Source of the DNA: Mobula hypostoma
Lineage: Eukaryota
Assembly (NCBI RefSeq): GCF_963921235.1
Contig: NC_086108.1
Coordinates: 73,658,001-73,722,000 of the forward strand
Length of the DNA stretch: 64,000 nt
Direction of reading: 5' to 3'
The position numbers and the translations under genes were made by a program. The notes under the pieces were generated by a model. The model searched no databases. It saw only the letters and a program-made list of their open reading frames with translations, and had not been told where the DNA came from. The first letter of the stretch is position 1. Each line of letters starts with the position of its first letter. Of this stretch, positions 55,540 to 64,000 are shown piece after piece.

Positions 55540-55941
55540 AAGATATGTGATCTAAGTGACTTTAACTGTGGAATGAATGTTGATGCCATTGTTGAGTATC
55601 TCAGAAGCTGCTGATCACATATGATTTTCATGCAAAGCAGTCCCCAGAGTTACAGAGAATGGTGTGAAAAACAAAAAAATCCAGTGAGTGGCAGTTCTGT
55701 GGGCAAATCACCTTGTTAATGGGAAAGGTCATCAGAGGAGAATGGCCAAACTGCTTTAAACTGACAGGACAGCAACAGAAATAATCGCATATTATAACAG
55801 TGGAGTGCAGAAGGGCATCTCTGAGTGCACAACACGTTGAACCTTGAATTGGATGGAATACAGCAGCAGAAGACCACGAGCATATGGTCAGTGGCCATTT
55901 TATAATGTACAGGAGGTACCTAATTGAGTGGCCACTGAGTG
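55540..55941 (+). mobile_element. Tc1-derived non-autonomous element fragment
   Basis: DLSDF...ISEAAD-like N-terminal remnant; right end gtggccactgagtg|TA. Confidence 0.6.
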
Positions 55942-57464
55942 TATTTCTGGATATGCAGTGTAAACAAAATGGCACATTGCACTGACTCCACATTGCTAGA
56001 ATAAAATCATTCTAAGTATAGCAGCACTAGAACGGTTAAAGCTTTGTGTGTGTAACCTCACTTTACAACTTCCTGACTCATGACTTGTACTATTATTCAG
56101 CAAGATGTGATGCAGTATGTCATAGTTCATAATTTCCTTACCTTGCTATATTGGAGAGTGCAGAGTGCAACCTGGTCTGAATAAATCTCTGGAGAAAGGA
56201 CTTAACTTTCAACACTTGTTTACATTTTCTCATGGAAATTAGCTTCATTTACATTCCTTTAATTCACAAAAGGTCTTCATTAAGCACTTCGTAGAACGTT
56301 AAGATGAAAGGAGAGTTATTGGTGCCAACATTGTCACTTTTTTTTTTGAAGTTAACAAGGAGCTTGCTGCATATTTTGTCTTTATTTTTGATGGAACACT
56401 TAACACTATGAATAGTCAAAACCCTCTTTGCCATGAGGAGGTAATAATCTGTTCCTTAAACCAACAACCTTTCTATCATTACCGGGATCAACAATTCTCA
56501 AATTCCTGCCTGAGTTTGTAATAATGCAGCTGAAACTAGCTGCTCAAAGTGCAAAGTAAATTTATTATCAAAATGCTTAAATGTCACCATATACTATGTT
56601 GAGATTCATTTTCCTACGGACATTTATAGTACAAAAAATACAATAGAATCAATTAAAACGACACACAAAAACTGACAACAACCAATATGTAAAATACATT
56701 GTTGCATGATATTTCATCATAGTTTTTTATCTCTACTCTCCTTTTCCAACCAAAAATACAAGGCACAGTAAAATACTTAATGAGAAGTAAATTCTGTAAA
56801 ACATACCAGTTTGAATGGAATTGATAACATGCATGTTATATGTATTGTGTGCTGGATTTAAAAAGTATTATTTTGATAAACCACACCAATACATACAGAG
56901 TATTCAGTACCAATCAGTGTGCTGTTTCTCCAAGGGGATACAGTAGTACTTCCAAGGAAAATAATTAGCAAATGTTTTCAGTAAAACAACATATTTCTAA
57001 AACTAAAACTTTAAAAATCACTTTCTCACAATTAAGTAACAAAGTTTTTTAGACTCCTCTCAGTGTTCTTCAACCAGATACGAAAAGAATTGCCTGCCAT
57101 TACGTCTTGTGGTTATTGTTAAAACAGAAAAGGCAGAATGCCATGCTGTAACTCAATCAATATATAGTCTTACATCGGAAAAATAAATTACAATCAGTGT
57201 TATTTTTCAACAAACCACGAAAGATCAGCCAATTTATTATCATTTATTTCCTGTTCTCCTGAAATTCTAGTTTTTCCAGACAATGGACAAACTGAGAAAA
57301 CCAATGGTAGCTGGATATCACTGACAGAAAGCTGTACTTCCAAACAAGTGCTTCAGGGCAGTACAGTGTTAATTGTTAAAATTTATTATTAAAGTTGTAT
57401 ATGTGCCGTATATAACCTTGAAATTCATTTTCTTGCAGACATTTACACAGCAATAAAGAAATAC

Positions 57465-57935
57465 TGGGTTCTGGTACTAAATGGTTGCCGGCCGCTCGAG
57501 GTTAGTCTGGTGAGGAGGGTGTGAGGACACCCAGCAGGACTGAAAAAACAAGACCTGACGAAGGGTGGATGAGCTCCTTGTGAGCCAACAGCGATCTTCC
57601 GTGGAAGAGATTAAAGCCTCACCTCGAATCTACGAATCGTATGCTATGCACCTAGTTAGAAGCGACATGATGAACTTGGGCGCTGCACCGTGTGCCTGGA
57701 CCTGCCCAAGGCCTCCGCCTAAGGAAGGGCTGAGCTTGAAGAAACGGCTGTGGCTGGAGGCCAACACGGCCTCGGGCTCGAGTTCGGCAGGGGTGGCGGC
57801 GGCAGGTGGTGCCAAGGCGGCCAGCGAGAACAAACTGGAGGAGAGGCTGTACTCAGTGCTGTCGCAAGATCGAAGAAGATGGAGGTGCATAGCCGCCAAC
57901 CCCAGATTCGGGATAGCACCCACTGACTGACTGAC
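57465..57935 (+). mobile_element. RTE-derived short non-autonomous retroelement carrying a captured gene fragment
   Basis: 10-bp TSD AAAGAAATAC at 57455-57464 and 57936-57945; (ACTG)3 tail; RTE C-terminal-like VRSDMMNLG...QDRRRWR split by the insert. Confidence 0.75.
57682..57862 (+). pseudogene. ZFTRAF1: circularly permuted 181-bp fragment of ZFTRAF1 (CYHR1) coding sequence
   Basis: 57721-57862 reads ...KKRL...[12 protein letters not shown] and 57684-57716 reads [11 protein letters not shown]. Joining 57862 to 57682 restores [22 protein letters not shown], which I recognise as CYHR1/ZFTRAF1. Confidence 0.85.
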
Positions 57936-58003
57936 AAAGAAATACAGTAGAATTTATCAATAACTATACATCAGAAATACCGACAAACAACCAATGCAAA
58001 CTG

Positions 58004-58175
58004 TACAGTGTTAACATTGCTGCTCCACAGATCCAGAGATCTAAGTTTGATCCTGACCTTGGGTTCCATCTGTGTGGAGTGCACAGATTCACCCTATGAG
58101 CATATGTTCTTCCCTTGCTCTCCATCCACATGCCAAAGATCTGCTGGTTATTAAATTAATTAGTTACTGCAAACT
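58004..58175 (+). mobile_element. degenerate tRNA-derived V-SINE-like element
   Basis: B-box-like gtttgatcc, followed by tctgtgtggagt... and ccacatgccaaaga V-domain-like blocks. Confidence 0.55.
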
Positions 58176-58387
58176 GCCCCTCACAGTAAGAAAAATCTGT
58201 GTTGGGGAATGGAGGGGCGAAGAACAGGAACTGACAGGAATGTGAAAGGAATAATGAATTTTGCAGAGATGGTGGAGATGGGAACATTGAGCAGAAGTAC
58301 CCACTTCTGCACAGTATGATTTTATGGTTTTAATTAAAAAATATCTCATTAAGCATAAATAACAGAGAATTGCATGCCAATGTATAA

Positions 58388-58521
58388 ACAGAAGAGATTC
58401 CGCAGATGCTGGATATTTAGAGTAACATAAACAAAATGCTGGAGTAACTCAACAGGTCAGACAGCACCTTCTGAAATGAATTTTCAGTTGATGTTTAGGG
58501 CTGAGACTGTTCATCAGGACT
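58388..58521 (-). mobile_element. solo PLE terminus
   Basis: Same terminal repeat family; degenerate hammerhead core. Confidence 0.75.
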
Positions 58522-58523
58522 CA

Positions 58524-58525
<2 letters not shown>

Positions 58526-58572
<47 letters not shown>
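58526..58572. repeat. (CA)n microsatellite
   Basis: About 23 uninterrupted CA units; a shorter run lies at ~31836-31852. Confidence 0.98.
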
Positions 58573-58573
<1 letters not shown>

Positions 58574-58685
58574 TATATATAGCTGCTAAATATAATGTCT
58601 GCAACAGGAACTATACTGGAGAATAAGCAAATTTCCTTTGCCCATCTTCACACAAGACACAGAAAACAACCTGGAAGCAGTGCAG

Positions 58686-58914
58686 ACACGAGGAATTCTG
58701 CAGATGCTGGAAATTCAAGCCACATACATCAAAGTTGCTGGTGAACGCAGCAGGTCAGGCAGCATCTCTAGGAAGAGGTACAGTCGACGTTTCAGGCCAG
58801 GACCCTTCGTCAGGTTAGTCCTGACGAAGGGTCCCAGCCTGAAATGTCGACTGTACCTCTTCCTAGAGATGCTGCCTGACCTGCTACGTTCACCAGTAAC
58901 TTTGATGTGTGTTG
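58686..58914. mobile_element. fold-back PLE terminus with a hammerhead core on both strands
   Basis: 93-bp arms 58722-58814 and 58820-58912, loop TTAGT; 15-bp direct repeat CTGGAAGCAGTGCAG at 58671-58685 and 58915-58929. Confidence 0.9.
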
Positions 58915-59379
58915 CTGGAAGCAGTGCAGGATGACAGCAACAATATGGATGAGATGCTAAAAGAAATTATCATTAGTTTTTTCAAAAAAAAAGCTTTAGC
59001 AAAATTTCTAAACCTGGCACCTTGCTCCTTTATCTTTTCTGTGGCTTCTTACACAATCACAACTCGAAAAGTGTGCTGAGACTCTATCAATAATTGGGCC
59101 AATCTCTCTCCTCATGTCCTATGCCTTCTTAATCATCCACCCAATTCATCACACTGCCTTCAGGAACCTGTGTAGCACACACATCAAAGTTTTCTGTTTC
59201 TGTGTACTTGTGCATTTCTAGCCTGTTTATCCTCTGTAAATTACCTTACATTTCAACGCATTAAATTTATTTGGCAGAAATTCACCCCAATTCATTGATA
59301 TTTTCCTGCAGCTTATACTTTTCTTCCTCATTCTCTACTACTGCAAATCTCAATTCAAGTTCTTCATCAATATCTTCAT

Positions 59380-60440
59380 CCTAGGAATCAACCTTGAACT
59401 TTCTCTGCACTGCCTCCAAATCAAGCACATCCTTCCTTAAAAACGGAGACTAAAACCATATATTGTCCCACTAATGCACGCTAAAAATGCATCAAACCTT
59501 CCATACTTTTAAATTCTATGACCTATGCCATCAAGGCCATTTCTCCACTAATCTGTTTCCATAAACTAACCTGTTTCATGAACTAGTTTTCTAATTTCCT
59601 TGGAAAAACTATTTGTTTTTCTTACATTATATTGTATCTGCCAGCTTCTTCCGACTTGATCTTTGCATTGTTTGTCTGTGTCCTCAGCACAAATTGCTAT
59701 TCCAGTTATTCTTGTATCAGCAGGGAATTTGACTACAGTGTGCTCAAGTACAAGTCATTATAAATAGTTGAAACTCCAACACTGATGCATGTGACATCCC
59801 AATAGTTACCACTTTTGCAAATCTGTTTGACCTATTTACTGTAATTGTTTGTTTGCATTTGTTCACTGATCAATCATTTAGCCATGCAAATATCCCCTTC
59901 ATTTCCACCAAAGCTCATACATCCTTAAGTCATACAGTATTCCATTTCACCTTGCAAAATGCCTTCTGGAAATCCTAAGATACTATACCCAATGCACCCT
60001 CATTATCCAAGATGTTCATGATATCCTCTAGAGACAAGCAAATTTGTCAAGCACAATTTCCCTTTGATAAAATCATGCTGGTTGTTTCAAGATGTTCTAG
60101 ATGTACTACCATCATCTCCTTACAAATGATTTCAGCTAAGCAAACAGGTCTAGTTTTACATGTTGTCTACCTCCCTTCTTGAATACCAGTGCTACATTTG
60201 TCATTTTGTAGTCCTCTGGGATTCTCTAGAATCCAACAAAGTCTTGTAAATCACAGCTAAGCATCTATTATCACTGCTGCTACTTCCTACAATAGCCATC
60301 AGGTCTATGATCTTGTCAGCATTTATCTCCACAAACCCTAAAGTTATACAGTAATCATTTCGGTAGCACCTTATCAAATGCCTTCTGGAAATCCTAATAT
60401 ATTAAGCCCAATGCTTCCCCATTAACCAACATATTCATAC
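59380..60440 (-). mobile_element. very old CR1-like RT remnants
   Basis: Two DFQKAF-type blocks (~59950 and ~60370) and QHDFIKGKLCLTNL. Confidence 0.6.
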
Positions 60441-60479
60441 ATCACAGGTCAGTGACGAACTGACCTTCACCTTGCTGAA

Positions 60480-61010
60480 GACAGGCAGCAGGTCTCAGAC
60501 ACCTTGAAAAGGAAATTTTCTGGGCTATTCAGAAAATTGTCTCTGATACCATTACCAGCAACACCATCTTGTCCACTGCCACCAAACTCGCAGTTCCATT
60601 ACACCACACTGCTCATTTCTAACTCCTACCCAAGATCCATAAAACTGACTGCCAAGGTAAGCCCATTGTCTCTGCCTGTATCTGCACCACTGAACTCATA
60701 TCCACATATCACAATTCCATTCTATTCCCCCCTAGTTCAGCCTCTTCCCGCCAGCAACTGCAAAACTTCACGTTCTTGATGTCCTCAACAAATTTCAATT
60801 CCCTGGCCCTGTCAAGCCTCATTTTCACCAGTTGTCCAATCCCTAGACACTTCTATCCCCCATCAAGAAGGCCTTAAAGCTCTCCACTTCTTGATCAACA
60901 AAAGATCCAACCAGTTCCCTTCCATTACCTCCTCCTCCGTCTGGCAAAACTGGCCCTTGCTTTCAACAACTTCACCTTTGCTCCTCCTACTTTCTCCAAA
61001 TTCAAGGGAT
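60480..61010 (+). mobile_element. old PLE RT fragment
   Basis: TSIPHQEGLKAL block, homologous to ~5630-5670 of the first PLE. Confidence 0.65.
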
Positions 61011-61013
61011 AGC

Positions 61014-61352
61014 TGCATTTTGCACACCACAGTCCCAAGGAATCACAGGATTGCTTGGAGGCAGAGAGAGTTTAAAAGAAGCCAGTGTGGGCAGTCAGCA
61101 CATTTTGCATGCAACAGTCCTGAGAAGACACCGGATTGCTTGGAGGGAGAGAGAGCTTCAAAGAAACAAACCGGGGCAGTTGGCACATTTTTGCATGTCA
61201 ACGGACTGCTTGGAGGTAGAGAGAGCTTAAAAGAAGTGATCAACAGCAGTCAGCACATTTTGCACGCCATTGAAACACCAGATTGCTTGGAGGGAGAAAA
61301 AATTTAAAAGAAGTGAGCGGGAGCAGTTGAAACACTTTGCATGCCACAGTCA
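61014..61352 (+). repeat. diverged tandem array, ~4.5 units of 70-85 bp
   Basis: Recurring cattttgca...gattgcttggagg.agagagag.tt.aaagaa, anchored at ~61016, 61101, 61186, 61256 and 61334. Confidence 0.85.
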
Positions 61353-61539
61353 TGAAGTAACATTGAACTGCGCATAAATAGGCACTTGGCAAGGATCAAT
61401 AAAAAACAATTAGGTTTAAGAGGAGTGACCATTGTGTAATTAGGCCAATGTTGAATTGGGGAGTAGAGGCTTTGGTTCATTGAGGCTTGGTGAGGAGATG
61501 GTATGTCGTAGGTACATTTATTTATTCTTTCTTTATTTA

Positions 61540-63320
61540 TTAGACATTTAGAATAGTGGGAATATCAGACAGGATACTGGAATTCTCCTCTTGCGGAATG
61601 TGGGAAGGTAGGGAGACCTCCAGTGTCCTTGACAACTACACTTGCAAGAAGTGTACACAGCTGGAGCTTCTAACAGACCATGTTATGGAGTTGGAGCTGG
61701 AACTCCGGATCAATCAAGAGGCTGACAGTTTGACAGGCAGGACACACAGGAAGGAACAACACTGGTAACTAAGTGATGGTCAGGAGAAGAAAAGAGGATA
61801 GGTAGCTACAGCAGAGAACCCCTGTGGCTGTTGCCCTCACCAACAGATATACCACCTTGAGTACTATTGTGGGGAATGTTCTAGCAGTGGAAAGCCACAG
61901 AGAGTCAGGTGTCTGGCTCTGTGGCTCAGAAAGGAAAGGGGGAGAAGAGACAAACTGTAATGATGGGAGACTCAGGGGAACACAAAGAATGTTTTGTTAA
62001 CTAGACTGAGATTTCCAGATGGTTTAGTGCCTCCAGATGCCATAGTCAGAGACACCTCGGAACACATCCACAGCACTTTTAAGTGAGCAATCAGAGGTTG
62101 TGGTTCACATCAGTATCAATGAAATGCGTGGGAGGGGTAATGAGGTTGTGCAAAATGAGTTCAGAGAGTGAGGTGCTAAGTTAAAGGACAGGATCACCAG
62201 GGTTGTGACTCAGGATTGTTATCTGTGCCATGTGCCAGTGAGTCTAGAAATAGGAAGATCATATCATTTAACACATGGTTAAGGAGTTGGTGCAGGAGCA
62301 AGAGCTTCAGATTTTTGGATCATTGTGCTCTCTTCCAGGGAAGCTGGAACCTGTACAGAAGGGAAGGTTTGCACCTGATCCAGAGGGGGAACTAATATGC
62401 AGTGGGAAGGTTCGCTAGTATTGCACAAGAGGATTTAAACTAGAGTTGAAAGGAGATGGGAACCAGAGCACCAGAAGATAGTGGAGTAGTTGTGCAGAAA
62501 GATGCTGTTAAAACTACATACAAAGTCAGGAAGTGAAAGATTGAGCATGGTGGGACTAATGTTCTGAGCTGCGTACATGTCCACGGAAGGAGTATTGTAG
62601 GAACGGCAGATGAGCTTAGGGCATGGATTAGCATGTGGAATTATGACATTGTAGCCATTAGTGAGATGGTTGCAGGAGGGGCAGGACTGGTAGTTCAATG
62701 TTCAGGGGTTCCATTGTTTTAGACATGATAGAGTGGAAGGAAATAAAGGGGGAGGGGTGGCATTACTAGTCATGGAAAATGTCACGGCAGTGTTCAGTCA
62801 GGTCAGATTGGAGAACTTGCTTGGTGAAGCTTTATGGGTAGAACTGACTATGTTGATAGGATTAAATTACAGACCAGCCAACAGTGTGCAGGATTTAGAG
62901 GAGCAAATTTGTCGAGAGATCGCAGACTGTTGCAAGAAACATAAGGTTGTGCTAGTAGGTGATTTTAACTTTCCACGTATTGACTGGGACTCTCATACTG
63001 TAAAAGGACTGGATGGGACAGAGTCTTTCAAATGTGTTCAGGAAAGTTTCCTTTATTAGTATGTAGAATTCCGAACTAGAGAGAATGTGATACTAGATCT
63101 GTAGGGAATGAGAAAAGTCAGGTGACAGAAGTCTGTGTAAGGGGACACTTTGCATCTAGTGATCATAGTGCCATGAGTTTCGAAGTAATTATGGAGAAGG
63201 ATATGTCTAGTCCTTGGATTGAGATTCTAAATTGGAGAAAGGTCAATTGTGATGTCATCAAAAAAATTCTGGCAAGTGTGACTGGGACAGGTTGTTTTCT
63301 GGCAGAGGTGTACTTGGTAA
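61540..63320 (+). mobile_element. CR1 5' half (ORF1 zinc finger and esterase, ORF2 endonuclease), degenerate
   Basis: SSCGMWE...YTCKKCTQLELL; GGGVALLV, GDFNFP, SDH motifs. Confidence 0.85.
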
Positions 63321-63324
63321 ACAG

Positions 63325-63680
63325 AACGCAGTTCTGAGAATTTCTATGTAATGAACGGAAGTTAACAAAAAATTTTAAAACTCGGCATAAAGTGAAAAAT
63401 GAAAACCTCGACCGTATATTGTCAGTGTCAGAGTGAACGTATACAGCTTAACAGTATGCTGATCATGAAACAAGCAAAGATCTGTCACAACAAACTGAAA
63501 ATTGAAGGAAATTGTCAATATTCAGCAGGCTGATTGCAAAAATTTAAGAAAAGGCACTGCATTCAATTTTAAAGCATCTGCAGATCACGAAGCTGCAGAG
63601 AAATTAATTGATGAGTTTGCCAAGATCATCACTGATGAAAATCTAACCCCAGAACAAGTCTACAATGCTGATTGTTTTTA
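63325..63680 (+). mobile_element. Tigger/pogo (CENP-B-like) transposase fragment
   Basis: KFKKRH and ASADHEAAEKLIDEFAKIITDENLTPEQVYNAD motifs. Confidence 0.8.
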
Positions 63681-64000
63681 TATCTTACAAAAAACCCAAA
63701 CAAAAAGTAGAGTACAAATACAGTGCAGTGTAACACTTTAATCAAAACATGGCATTGTAAGTGGAGATTGAAAGCCTGCGGTTGTTTGTTGTTGTTCAAC
63801 AGCTGATTCAGGTATTCTCCTGATGCTGCTTTGCTGCTTTTGTTACCCTGCACATGTTCTATGTTCATTATATTAATGGTATCTAATAGTTTTTACAGTT
63901 AACTACACCAGTGTGATGAACAAATGTTATACAAAGACTGCTTACTGGTCGCACATAAATTCAGAATCAGAAGTGATGGTGATCTCAAACAATCTCATTA

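Noticed and set aside
57550..57590. CTGACGAAGGG as a hammerhead core
   Set aside because: No downstream GAAA or cleavage triplet at a suitable spacing.
57565..57930. 121-aa ORF as a genuine gene or a conventional processed pseudogene
   Set aside because: It is a chimera of retroelement sequence and a permuted fragment, with the Cys part out of frame and no poly(A) tail or exon-exon junction.
61014..61352. CRISPR-like repeat-spacer appearance
   Set aside because: Units are diverged along their whole length with related 'spacers', there are no cas genes, and the context is a vertebrate intron.
54366..64000. Next upstream MAST2 exon (expected ...IIIARPARLLECL)
   Set aside because: Not found by eye; a donor-like gtaagg near 56140 has no matching coding sequence. 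The exon is probably beyond the window.

Overview
This is AT-rich, repeat-dense vertebrate genomic DNA. The CR1, Penelope-like and V-SINE repertoire suggests a cartilaginous fish (inference). The minus strand carries 16 consecutive internal coding exons of MAST2 (54365 down to 261), all with GT-AG splice sites. They join phase-compatibly into 2417 nt: end of the DUF1908 region, an intact AGC Ser/Thr kinase, AGC C-tail, linker and PDZ. The 3' end lies outside the window; no further 5' exon was found in 54366-64000. Introns are filled with CR1 LINEs (one near full length), Penelope-like elements (PLEs) with hammerhead-ribozyme-type termini, an L1, Rex1/Babar, Tc1, Tigger/pogo and hAT elements, and SINE-like repeats. 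The most unusual item is a 471-bp TSD-flanked, RTE-derived insertion (57465-57935). It contains an exactly circularly permuted 181-bp piece of an unrelated gene (ZFTRAF1/CYHR1), the pattern expected from capture of a small circular DNA or RNA. A TSD-flanked 93-bp fold-back PLE hammerhead cassette (58686-58914) is also notable. All family assignments come from recognised motifs, not database searches.
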